From Lama glama (Eukaryota), in NCBI GenBank assembly GCA_028534125.1, contig CM052831.1:22196001-22260000 (forward strand): a stretch of DNA of 64,000 bases, given 5' to 3'. The notes beneath the pieces are model-generated. The model saw only the letters and a program-made list of their open reading frames with translations. It was not told the origin of the DNA and made no database searches. Each line of letters begins with the position of its first letter. Positions within the stretch are counted from its first letter, which is position 1. Positions 36,801 through 48,204 of this stretch are shown here, piece after piece. Both the position numbers and the translations under genes were made by a program.

Positions 36801-38363
36801 TGATACACTTGGCACAGTGCCCAGCGGAGGCCTCAATACACTGCGGCTTAAAACAAACTGATGGGTTCTACAGTCTGGGCTGACAAAGAAAGAAGGGCTC
36901 GGAATTCCGAGGAAATTCTCCCCCTGGTTGACACCAGTTAGATGAGTAAAGGAGGTTGCTGTGGTTTATACCTCACCGGTTTTGGTTCTGTTTTGCTTTT
37001 CCCATCTCTTCCCAGTTAGTTTCCTTTTTGAAAATGCTGATTTTGGCTTAACTCAACTTAGAGGAGAAGATGTCACAAGAAGCTCCCAGGAGAAAAAAAG
37101 ATGTCCCTGGCAGAAACATTCCTAGAGAGGCCCTCTCCCACCGGTGTTCTCCGGAGCCCCAGCCCGGGGTGTAGGCAGAAGCACTTCGGGGGAGGCTGCT
37201 ACCTGGTGCGTTTAAGGTGAATGCAGCCCCAAACCTTCTGGTTTGATCACCAGGAATTGGAGATCTGGGAACAATCGAGTTAAATTATTTTTGTAATTAA
37301 GTCCAAAGTAAAGGGAACATCCTGGCTTCTTGTCTGGTTCAGAGAAATTGATTCCAGCATTAACGTGTTTTTAAATGGAAACATAAACTTACAGCTTGCA
37401 CAGCAGACTCACTGTGGGCCCCCTGGAAGCTGAGCAATCTTAAAACCAGCATGGCTCTCACAGTCCTATCTCCCACCTGGGCGATGGCCCGCTGGGCCCA
37501 CTCCCCACTCCACAGCACTGAGCAGGGAGCAGAGCAGCCCTCAGTCCTGCACGGGGGACCTCCAACTCCCAACCTCACGATCCAGACCTTCCTAGGATGC
37601 CAACGTAGAGAACAGTCACACAGGCCAGGGTGGCAGCTGTGGAAAGTCAGCCTGGCACTGACCCCCAAACCAGCAAACTGAGAGAGTTTCTGCAGCCCAG
37701 GGCAGACCTGGGGCAAAGGAGGGGTAGACACAGACAAGAGCAAGATGTGGCAAATCTGTGCGACATCAGTGCAGGGAAGTGCGTGTGGGTGTGATAGTGG
37801 TTGTGCATGAGTAATGGTAGGCATGTGTGTGTTTGTGGGATGAAATGTGCCTATAAGTGCAACTGTATGTGTGTGTGAGTACATGGGGTGGTGTGTGTGC
37901 GACAGAGCGTGCTTGTGACTGTGTGTTTGCCAACAAGCGTGTGATAGTGTGTGTTGTCCATGCAGAGATGAAAGCCGAGAGGCCTCAGCTACAGCTAGAA
38001 CAACAGGGATTTCTGGATGATGGGATAGAAGGGCTTGAATGATGCCCCTTATGCATATTTGAACATTTCCAGTAAGTTTGCATATTTTTTGTTACCAACA
38101 AAGACTTTCTCTTTAATATTGGACACACTATCCAGCTGTTCCTTCCTCAGCCCACCTATCCATGACATCCCTGGTCCCTGCATTTCCTACTTCTGTGTGG
38201 CTAGCTCGTTCACCTACATCCTAGCTGGGAGACCTCAAAAGGTAGGGCCCTCATCTTCCAGTTGAGCCCCCAGAGCAGCCTAGAAGTCCATGGCCATGCG
38301 GCTGCCAGGACAGGATGGTGCAGACCACAATCCTGTCCCCTCGTCCCCACCGGCACTGCTCAC

Positions 38364-38496
38364 CATGCCCCAGGAAGTCATCAGTGGGCAGGAGGGCTTT
38401 TCCGGGGACAGGTTTCCTGTTCTGAGACCCCGGCTCCAATCCCATGTTGATCCACTCACTGGGAGTCCGGCAGTCAAACTCCTCATTGTCAAATAC
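38364..38496 (-). CDS. DNAH1: DNAH1 exon 6, VFDNEEFDCRTP...DDFLGH
   Basis: ttccag| and G|GTGAGC; 133 nt. Confidence 0.95.
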
Positions 38497-39453
38497 CTGG
38501 AACAAAGCAGTGGACGCTGGGAGGAGACAGCTCACTCCTGGCGGGCCCCAAGTGATCTGGGCATGCCAGAGGGTAGAGGTGCCTCAGGAGTTTCCTCCCC
38601 AGATGCAGGAGCTGAAGACCAGGGACCAGATGGCTGATCCCCTGCTGCTCACAGAGGTCTGTTGGGTCTGGCTCTGTGAAACCTTAGGTCCTCATCTAAC
38701 CAAGCCACCCTGAGGTGCAGGCAGAGGGGTATCTGGGGACTCAGAGCAGGATATGGTCTCTCTTTTCCACTCCCCAGGATCATCCAGCTCAGACTCAAGG
38801 GAAGAGGTGGCCCTTGGATTTTCCTGAGCACCCACCCAGAGTCAGAAACAATGGAGACTTGGGTTGTCAGGAAACCATCCTTAGTGGGGTGATGTGCACC
38901 TGGATTCAGCTCTGCTTCCCCACTAGGAACAACAGGCAAGAGATGTGCAGGTCCATGGAGAGAAAGGGCAGGGAGGCGGGTGAAAACCAGAGCAGGCTAT
39001 GCTCCCTCTCTCTCCTCCCTGGACTCAGTTTCCCCATTGGTACCCTAAAGGGACTACAATGGCGCCCTCCTCCACCCCAGGTCGCCCTGTCCTAGTGAGC
39101 TCAGAAGCAATGGTCAGGGAGGCCCGTACACTACTCCACAGTCCAGCTGGGTTGCTTCTTGATGCCCATGCATCAGGTAGGGACAGAAATCACATACACA
39201 GGCTCCCCAAGCTCCCAGGAAAGAAGCAGACAATCAGCATCCCAGGGGTCCTGGGGACCCTCCTGCCCCAGCACAGAATGCCTGAAAACCCTGGCAGTGG
39301 AGCGGGGACAGAGGCAGCCCCTATTATGCAGTTATCCAATTTGACGAGTGAGTTCTTGTGATATCATGGGATCGCCTTTTGTGTCTGACTCTGAAGCTCA
39401 TGTCCTGCACTCCTACCCCCTGACCATCAGCCCTCCATGGAAGCTGGACTCAC

Positions 39454-39610
39454 CTTCAGTGGGAGATAGACAGGGAAGAGCGGGTCATGACCTTGCTCGA
39501 TGGTCTGGGGGTTGTGGGGGTCGGGGTGCCTGGGCATGAGCTTGTCAGAGTCGATGCCCTCACTGGCCAGCAACTGCTCGATATCCAGACTCAGGTACAG
39601 CCGCTTCCTC
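39454..39610 (-). CDS. DNAH1: DNAH1 exon 5, RKRLYLSLDIEQ...VYLPLK
   Basis: Hand-translated; ccag| and AAG|GTGAGT; 157 nt. Confidence 0.95.
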
Positions 39611-40038
39611 CTGGCCGAGGGAGACGAGGGAATCTCAGGACAGCTCGGCTCATGTGATGTGCCTCCATGGGTGTCAGCAAGGGCTCATGGAGTTGAGGCG
39701 GTAGGGGTGTGGCCCAGGGACCTCTGCAGGCCCTCTGCCCCTCTGGGACTCATCAGGAAGTGCTGTGATGGCTGGGGATGGTGTCCTGGGCCCCCACTGC
39801 CCTTCCATCCTGCCTGGCAGTTCCAGTCCCTTGACTTAAATGTCATCCTCCCTGATTCCACAGCAAAGAAAGCAATTTGTTCCTATTAAGACATCAAAGG
39901 GCTAGAAGATTTTATTTGAACACTTGCACACAGACCCCTCGTAGTAACTTCTGTTGTGAGGATGGTCACCGAGTTGCCTACTGTCCCTCACCCCTTGGGT
40001 TGGGCAGATGCCACCTCCCAGAGGACACCCAGCCATAC

Positions 40039-40213
40039 CTCTCAATCTCAATCTTGCGGGGGCACTGGCCCGGCAGCACCAGGTAGGGCACCTGCACCTT
40101 GGGCTCGTAGGCCTGCAGTGGGAAGTCAGTCTGGGTGAGCAGCTTGGTGGTGGACCCAATGCGCTGATGCTCCAGGCGCTCCTCAAAGTCCTCAGGAACC
40201 TCAAATGTTCTGA
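40039..40213 (-). CDS. DNAH1: DNAH1 exon 4, VRTFEVPEDF...KIEIER
   Basis: ctgcag| and AG|GTATGG; 175 nt. Confidence 0.95.
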
Positions 40214-42400
40214 CTGCAGAGGGGCGGGGGCAGGAGCTGCAGGGGCTCAGGCCGGGGCCCAATACCCCAAAGACATAGTACCAGGCAGGTACCAGATGTG
40301 CATGCTTTGGGACATAGGAAGCTCAGCGCTGGTCTGTGGCTGGGCAGTGGCAGGGAGAAGCCAGATGTGGCACCAGGCACCCAAGGGAGCGAGAGCCTGG
40401 AGGACAATGGCCTCTAGAAGGTTCGTTTTAGTCCTGTTCTCCCTGCCCAGAGCCAGCACGTCTGACCATCCCTCTCCATGCTGCCCACGACCCCGGTGCC
40501 AGGGGCCTTTGCTCAAGCCAGATGTTGAATCAAACTACCATCAAGGATTACAACTGGACAGGAAGGCAAGGTGATAGCTCCCTGCACATCTGGGATGAGT
40601 TCCTGCCATCCCTAGCCCAGAGGCCCTCCTAAGCATCTCGGAGTCTGAATACCATTCACTCACTGGAACCATTTCCAGACTCAAGGCATCTTGGATTCTG
40701 TAGGAGTGGGCGGCACTGCCACCATGGACCCAAGGGACCCTAGAGTCACAAAATGGCCACCCCTCCTTAGACAGGCTTCCCTTCCAGATCTTAGGCCAGG
40801 GGAGCTGGTGGAGAGAGACCCATTAATGGGGTGACATTCCAGTTTCCCAGGACTCAGGGTGTTAAGTGGGAAGGAAAGTCCCAGGCAAACCAAGACCATT
40901 AAGGTGAAGAATGGGGTGCAGGAAAATGCTTCAGGAGATAAGCCCCTTTCCCAGGGCCTGGGTGGGCTCTGGACAGCTTGGTGACGGCTCCCATGCACTC
41001 CCCAGGGGGCCCTAGTGAGCCCCTCCTTGGGTCTTACGCCTCTGAGGTCAAGATGCAGTCAGCCATAGGAGGGCCCCTTGGGGTTACCCACTGGGGCTCT
41101 ACAGGAGCTTCCAGAGGCTCAGCAGAGGCCATCCACCTTCAGCTAAGTCACCTCTCTAACCAGAGGGGCTGGGGGAACCCCACCTACCAAAAAAGGCTGG
41201 CCCAGAAGGTAGTTTTCAGATCCCTAGTCATCCACTTCAGGGCCTGTGGGTCTGTGACACATCCCACACCTAGGATCATGAAATTCTCGCCCTGGCCCTG
41301 CATCTGAGGAGCCAAGATGAAGCCAGGGTGAGGACAGCATACCTGGCCCCCACCTCTGCTAGTCTGTGAGCCCTAAGCAGGATTCTCAGGCCTCTGCTTA
41401 GCCTTCTGTAAAGAACCCTGACTGCCCCACCCTGTGGCCTTTCGGGCCGCTTTTCCTCATGTGGGTGGGGCCGCAGGGCGGCTGACCATCCCCACCCCCG
41501 CCCCTGCCCCCACCATGGATGGTAGGAGCACCATTCCCAGCTCTCCCATAGCCCTTGATTTGTGGTTTGTAACCATTTTCTGGGCCACAGATACTAGTGA
41601 AACTGCTGAACACAACTGGCTGGGTCCTCAGATCACTGCACAAATGCACATACGTGAGATGTTTCCTGTGCCACTTTTGGGGGTTCCCAGACTCCCAAGA
41701 GGTCCATGGACCCCAAGAGGACTAATATGAACAGAGCCAGGCCTCTCCTAGGGGTAGACCAGGGGACAGATAGCTGGGACCCTGGGGCATCTGGGCCCAA
41801 TTGAAGGGGATGTCCAGTCTGCCAGTCACTGCCTCTCAGGGCATGCCCCTGCTCACTGCCTGTCCTGGAGTCAACCTCCTCTCCCCTCTGTCACTGCGGA
41901 CTGCCCTCCCTTCCTCCACAGACCTGCCCCAGGCCTTACAAGACTCACCACGGAGCCTAATGGGAAGGTCCTTCTTCCCCCTTCAGCAAAGATCTCCTGG
42001 GCGCCTTCCTGTGCCAAACCCTGTTCTAGGTGATGGAGCCTGAGCTGGGTTAACAACTCAGACACAGTCCTGGCCTCCTCCAAGCCCATGTTGCCCAGGA
42101 GGCAGGAAATACACAGGTCAATGCCCTACTGTCCCCAGCCGGGCAGAGAGAACTGGGGTCCAGCCCTCAGCAGCCCCAGCCCCACAGTGCCCTGGTCACA
42201 AGAGTCATGATCAAGCACCTGTAGTTCACTGAGTGCTCACCGCAAGCTGGGCCCTTGCAAAGCATCTTGCCTCTTGTTAGTCCCATTTTACAGTGAAGGA
42301 AACTGAGACCCTCAGCCAAGAGGAGGTCATCTCCCTAAGGCCAGAGGCCTAGCTTCAGAGGCTAAAGACACCCACCCACCCAGTCCTCCTGGGCACTGAC

Positions 42401-42473
42401 CTTTTGGGGTGAACTTATCCAAGTCGGCCTGCCGCAGAAGGTCCTGGTTCACGCAGGGACCACGACATACTTT
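42401..42473 (-). CDS. DNAH1: DNAH1 exon 3, KVCRGPCVNQDLLRQADLDKFTPK
   Basis: Hand-translated; tttcag| and G|GTCAGT; 73 nt, phases fit. Confidence 0.93.
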
Positions 42474-42949
42474 CTGAAACCAAACCCCACAGCCCTGAGG
42501 AAGTGTCTACATCCCTAGAATAGGCAGGATCTAGAAGGACCCCCAAGGCCAGATGTATCCCCCAAAGACCATCAGGGAGCAGCCCAGGGGCTCAGAGACA
42601 GGGAAGAACCAGTGAAGAGGAATTCACACAACTCCCCATTCACAGGCCACAGAAGGTGAGAAGCTGTGGCCACCTGAGACACCCCTGGCCCTACCCAATT
42701 CTGGTTCTGCACAGCTCCCCTCCTCACTCTGAGAACACTCATGAGGTGTGTCCAGGGGCTGAGTCACAAGACACACACCAGAGGTACGGACAGGCCAGCA
42801 GGTGTCTCTGTGTCTTCCTCCACTCCCAAGGGCACTCTGGTCCCCTGGCGTAGTGGCTATCAGTGGGTCCTGCCCTATCTCCCTTGGCCCCTCCCCTGCC
42901 TAAAACTTTCCTAAGGCTCGGTGATCTCTGCCCTAATTACATCCCTTCT

Positions 42950-43310
42950 TCAGCTTCTTCTTGCCCTCCACCTCTCCCCTCCTATCTTTACCCTTCTCCT
43001 CCATGTGGGCCTGGCCTCTGTTAGGGACCTCAAGTCTTTGTACCTTCTGTTCTCCCTACCTTGAACATTCTCCTCAGCCCCTATCTTGCCCAGCAAACTC
43101 ATACCTATCTCATAGATCTCAGTAGTACACCACCTATCCAAGGACCTCTCTCCAATCATAGGTGGGGTGGGGTGAGGGGGTACTTCCCCACCAAAGCCAT
43201 TGCCCCATGACAATAGGGACATAGATGTCTCATCCTCACTGTCACCAGGGCTTAGTCCAGGGCCTGTCACAAAGCAGGCGCTCAGAAATGAATTGTTGAA
43301 TGAAAAGACA
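42950..43310 (+). mobile_element. L2 3' end
   Basis: GGGCTTAGTCCAGGGCCTGTCACAAAGCAGGCGCTCAGAAATGAATTGTTGAATGAA. Confidence 0.6.
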
Positions 43311-43372
43311 GAGATGGATGGTCAGAAAGATGAGCAGGTGGGTGGGTGGGTGGGAGGAAAAGTTGCTAGACT

Positions 43373-43515
43373 NNNNNNNNNNNNNNNNNNNNNNNNNNNN
43401 NNNNNNNNNNNNNNNNNNNNNNNNNNNNNNNNNNNNNNNNNNNNNNNNNNNNNNNNNNNNNNNNNNNNNNNNNNNNNNNNNNNNNNNNNNNNNNNNNNNN
43501 NNNNNNNNNNNNNNN
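43373..43515. other. Assembly gap (N run)
   Basis: 143 N. Confidence 1.
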
Positions 43516-43558
43516 CAAGGAAGACTCGGGCTTAGTAGGGTATGGCTGCCACACTTAC

Positions 43559-43894
43559 CCCAAGTTTATCCAAGCTTCCAGGGCTGAGGATGTCAGAGTA
43601 GAACCCACGCTGCTTCATCAGAGGGTACTTCTTATCAGTGCCTGTCAGGGGCAACTTCCGGGGCTGCCCCAAATCTGAGGTCATGGGTGGATCCAGGGGC
43701 AGGGGTAAAGGTGGGGTCTTGGGCTCAGGGCTTGGAGGAAGCTTCTCCAACCCAGAATCTGGTCCCAGAAGAATCCTCTCCAGGTTGTGCTCTAGGTCTC
43801 TCAGACTACAATCTTGGCCTGCAGGAGTACCACTGCCCTCTGGGCCCTGAGGGCTTCTTCCTGGGTTGTAGCCCTCTCTGTTAGGTTGCTCCAT
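43559..43894 (-). CDS. DNAH1: DNAH1 exon 2 coding part (exon begins at 43928), MEQPNREG...LDKLG
   Basis: Matches DNAH1 N-terminus as recalled (MEQPN...KYPLMKQRGFYSDILSPG); acceptor ctcctag| before 43928; donor GGG|GTAAGT; 336 nt. Confidence 0.95.
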
Positions 43895-45921
43895 GCTGCT
43901 TCTCAGGGCGATGCCCCAGCCAGAGCTCCTAGGAGAAGATACTGGTGTCAGTGGGCCCTTTCCAGCCTCTGCTCATCCCCCAGGACCACCAGGATACAGG
44001 GTCGCCTAGTCCGCCACCCACAACATGCCCGAGCCCTCTATGCATGGATAACAGAGGGAGTACTACCTGATCTGGACAGACACCTAGTGCCAGGAAGTTC
44101 CCACCAGGAGACAGCAGGGACGTCCCTCGATGCTGCATGTGAGAAATAAGACCTCAGAGTCAATGGCTGAATGATCTCCAGACGCCCCCCACCCCCATGC
44201 ATCCTTCTGTACTTTCCCACCCCCTTCCCCATGTTAGAGAGCAAGGTCGGCTTCTCACAAGGAGAGATAAGGAGGGAGGCCCAGAGCTCACCCACTCAAT
44301 GAAGGCCCTGTTTGGTTTTCTCCAAAATGACTTTTAGCCAGAGCCAGAAGCACCCTCAGTGCCCCCCCACCCCCTCCCAGCCCTGCCAGACTGCCCTGAG
44401 TGTGGGGCACTGGGCCATGCCCTGCATCCCCCACCCATGCCTATCTCCCCTATCCTACCCCAAGAGCCAGAGGATTAAACTGCCTCCCCAGAGGGACCCT
44501 GAGCCTCTGTTGGCCCCCAGATCCCTCTGCCAGCAACAGAAAGATATTCACCCACCCTCACTCTCAGAGTCAGCCCAACTGATAAAACCTACACCCTTTT
44601 ATCTCCCCAAAGGAACAGGAGACACGCCATTAGATTGTGCACACATCCCGAGGACAAGAGTTTGCAGAGTTTTTACAGTGGGGCAAGCAAGCCCTTGCCA
44701 AGCCACTGTTGCTTTTGGCTACCTCAAAATGTATCACTTGGGAGAAACTTTGATCAGGGGAGCATTATAGAAAATTGGACAGGGGTATGAGAAAGAAGAG
44801 GTTTGCGTGTAATGCTGGTGTAAAAATAAAAAGAGAATCAGTTTACAATTATCTCGATAAAAATGTCAGTTAAAAAGGGAAGGGGCATCTTAACAAAAGG
44901 AAATGGAGACCTGGCCTGAGCAAGGCCCCATCCCCCTGCCCCCCCCAACACACACTGGAACAAAGCAACCAGAAGCTTGCGGTACAGACTGCTAAAGCTG
45001 GGTGATTCGTGACTCATTATCTCCATTTTAGACATGTGGTGAGACCAGCCAGTGCAGGCCCCTGTTGGATTATGGCAGAGGAATCTTGCCTGGACTGACC
45101 TGAAGGGTGGGGAATGTGGCCAGGGCTGTCTGGGGCAAAGCAGTGCTGAAGCAGCCTGCAGCTGCTGAGTCTATTTCTAAGAAGAGGGTGGTGAGTTGGC
45201 GAGATCATTTGAGGAATTGTGAAGCGCAGATGGGGCTCTGGCAGGAAGTCCCACATTTTCAGCCCAAAGGCCCATCAGCTTCCAGCCAGCCAGGCACATC
45301 CCACCAGAACTCTGCTCCCTGAATCCCTCCCTAGTGGCCAGCCGCCTCCCAGGGCAGGGGTTGCAAATGATGCTGGATCTGGCCCACCTGTCTTGACATA
45401 GCCAGCCCTTCCCAGGCACCCTGAATGACAAAGGACCCACTGGAGCTTGGTCCCATCATGGCTGCAAACCCACAGTTGTCTGCTTCATCTTTGAACAAAA
45501 TCACTGAATAGAAAGAGCAGGCCTTGAAGAGGCCAGGTCCCAGCCCCACAGAATGACATTCTATTCCCCTGGTCTCTCTGGCTCTCAGATGGGTTTGAAT
45601 ATGCTTGGCTGTTTCCTGGGCTGTTATAATACTGGCAGAGATAACAGAAGCAGAAATGTCCAGGAATCTGCAGGGTGACTAGGGGCAAAAGAAGTCTGTG
45701 ATCTGTGGATGTGCTGCCCCTGTGAGCCCTTTCCCTCTGAACAGGGCAGCACTGGGGGCATGCATCCAGGCCTGTCCCAAGAAGGAAGATGTGAGGGTGA
45801 GCTGCAAACTCAGAATTCTGTTTCCCCTCCATCCCTCAGACCCTCACAAGGATTGACATCTCCCTTCCAATCTCACCCCAGCTCCAGGTACCTGTGCCTT
45901 GCCAGTGTGGACAGGATCTGT

Positions 45922-45956
45922 GACAGAAAGACAGACAGACAGACAGACAGACAGAC
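45922..45956 (+). repeat. (GACA)n microsatellite
   Basis: Direct reading. Confidence 0.9.
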
Positions 45957-46337
45957 CTCTGCCTCCTGTCACAGCTCCGCATATGATGGCAGCCTCTGCA
46001 CGGAAAAAAGTGTGCTGGTAAGTGGGAGAGGACGTGGTCCCCAGCATGGCCTCTGCTGGGCACCCTCTCATTTGTGGAAGGGAACCAGCCAGTAAGATGG
46101 TGGGGTGGCCCTGGAAGGCACAGCGCTGGAAATGGTGAATGGCAGTGGGGGCTTAGATGTAGTTCATGCAATATCTCATTTAAATCTCTGCGGTGGAAAT
46201 TAAGCCTATTCTTAATTCTCAGAGGTAGGGAAAACGAGGCTCTTGGACCAGGATGTGGACCCTGGGCCAGGAGAGTGTCCTCCTTCCTGTGGCACTCGCC
46301 CTCCCAGCCTTATACAGGTCCCTCTGAAAGCTCTCAC

Positions 46338-46430
46338 CTCGCCATCCCTTGGGCCCACCGACCTACCTTCCACCTACGACCTACGGACCTACCGGTCGAC
46401 CTACCCACTCCACCGCTGGATGTGGGGCCC
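46338..46430 (-). other. DNAH1: DNAH1 putative exon 1 (5' boundary approximate)
   Basis: Lies in the CpG-dense patch next to X-box/GC-box motifs; donor GAG|GTGAGA with GT at 46337-46336; TSS cannot be fixed from sequence. Confidence 0.6.
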
Positions 46431-46650
46431 GGCGGTCCGTCGCTAGGGAGAGACGCTGGGCTCGTTGCTAAGGGACGGGACCATCCGGCAAGGCGGGCGG
46501 GAGCTTCCGTTAGTGAACCTCCGCAGGTCTGCACTGGCCTCCCCTACACACCCCGGAACTTGGTTCCTCCCACCCCACCTGCGTCTTCTCCACCCACGCC
46601 TGGGACAAGCCCCGAGCCTGGGGCGCCAGGTTGGGTGCCGGCCAGGTTAA
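46340..46650 (-). promoter_or_regulatory. CpG-rich DNAH1 promoter with RFX X-box, GC box and MYB motif
   Basis: High CpG density; GTTGCTAAGGGAC 46464-46476; GTCGCTAGGGAGA 46439-46451; GGCGGGCGGG 46492-46501; CCGTTA 46507-46512. Confidence 0.7.
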
Positions 46651-47074
46651 GGGCCAGCCCTCTAGGCTCTCCAATCCAGGCTCCATTACCCATCTCCTCT
46701 CCCAGACTCTTTCAGAAAAAGAGACAAAAGAACCAAAAGCTGTTTTCAAAGTGCGACGACTTTGAATCCTGGTTTAAAAAAAAAAAAAAAAAAAGCTACG
46801 TAAATAATATGGGGAAAATAATTGGGGAAATTTATGAATTGGAAATCATATTTAAGTCACAACTGCAGGACCCATGGTCAGGTCACTGCAGAAAGGGTCT
46901 CTTCTGTTCTCAGGGAGACTGCTAAAACAGCCACAAACACCCACAAGGCTGCAACCTCACCTCAGCCCTCAGCCATCCTCCGGGTGGGCAGTAGATACAA
47001 TTGCCCCCATTCCCTGGTCTCAGGCCCCCATCTGCTCCAAGACCTGGCTTGAGTTCAGGCTTTGATCCTCCTTA

Positions 47075-47360
47075 CTGTCCTGGATATTGAATTATTGTTA
47101 ATTTTCTCAGATATGATAGTGCTATTGTGGTTATATAGGAGACTGTCTCTGTCTCAGCTGATGTGGGCCAAAGAATTTCAGGACAAATGTCAGGATGTCT
47201 GCTGCCTCGAGCTCCTTTCACATGGTTCAGAAAAATTTATATATAGGTAACCACAAATAGAAAGGAGATAAAGCAGAAATGGTCCAATACTAATAATTAG
47301 GGAATCTGAAGGTTTACAGATGCCCACTGTACCAGTGTTTCCATTTTTCTATAAGGAAAA
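47075..47360 (+). mobile_element. Ancient L1 (L1ME/L1MC-like) 3' UTR fragment
   Basis: GAATTATTGTTAATTTTCTCAGATATGATAGTGCTATTGTGGTTATATAGGAG. Confidence 0.65.
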
Positions 47361-48084
47361 GAGGTAGGTTACAAACCAAAAGAAAATGTAAAAATCACCC
47401 CTGCCCAGAGCCTTCTCAGAATTGGCCCCATTTCATAGACAGGAAAACTGAGGCTTGGTAAGCCAGGTTAGTGTTAGAGGGAAATGGTAGGACCTGATGC
47501 TCATTTTGCAAATACCCAATTTTATTTTACACCTTAATAATGCTGGCTTGGTGCCAGAAACTGTACTGGAGACTAAGTAGCCAGATTTGAACTGGACCCC
47601 TGTCCCTACGATAGAATGTCTGCTAAGTGAAAAAGCCACAGAGACCAGGCCACAAGCTGTGACAAGAGAGAGTAATTCACTCTTTACACTGGCTTCTGCT
47701 TCCTCTGTCAAGAACATCTCTCTCCACCAATTCCTACTTCTGGCCAACTCCTATTCATCCTCCAACACCCAATTCTGATGCAACCTTTCCTGAGCCTGAA
47801 TCATGGTTTACTTTGCTTTTCTTGTTGGCACTCACATAATAGGTACTCAGAGACTCTCATAGAAGGAAAGAAGGAAGGAGAAGGAGGACTGGAGGCAAGG
47901 GTGGCCACAGCTCTTAAGAGGACAGACACTCCCAAAGCCCTGTCCTGGGCAGCCAGGATCCTCTGTAGGTCTAGGGATAGGCTGTATACTCCACTCACCC
48001 TGTGGAGAGACACCTGTTTCTCTGTTTTTGCCTGTCACTTCCCACACTGGGTATAGCTGTCCAAAAAGCTGCAGTACCCATCTG

Positions 48085-48204
48085 GTTGCCAGGGCAACAT
48101 CAGCCCATGGTGGGACGTCAGGGATGACAGGGCAGAGCACTAATCCTGGAAAGTTGCCAAGCAACGCAGCAGGTTGGTGACATCATAGGGACCACGGCTT
48201 CCGG
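48085..48204. promoter_or_regulatory. Candidate RFX/CRE enhancer
   Basis: GTTGCCAGGGCAAC 48085-48098; GTTGCCAAGCAAC 48153-48165; GACGTCA 48114-48120; TGACATCA 48178-48185; CTTCCGG 48198-48204. Confidence 0.6.

Noticed and set aside
212-43894. Possible DNAH1 pseudogenisation or non-canonical (GC-AG/U12) introns
   Set aside because: All 34 coding-exon junctions are GT-AG with matching phases and I found no in-frame stop
46074-46925. 283-aa + strand ORF across the promoter
   Set aside because: It runs through GC-rich promoter DNA and a poly-A/L1 remnant, with no protein features; stop scarcity in GC-rich DNA explains it
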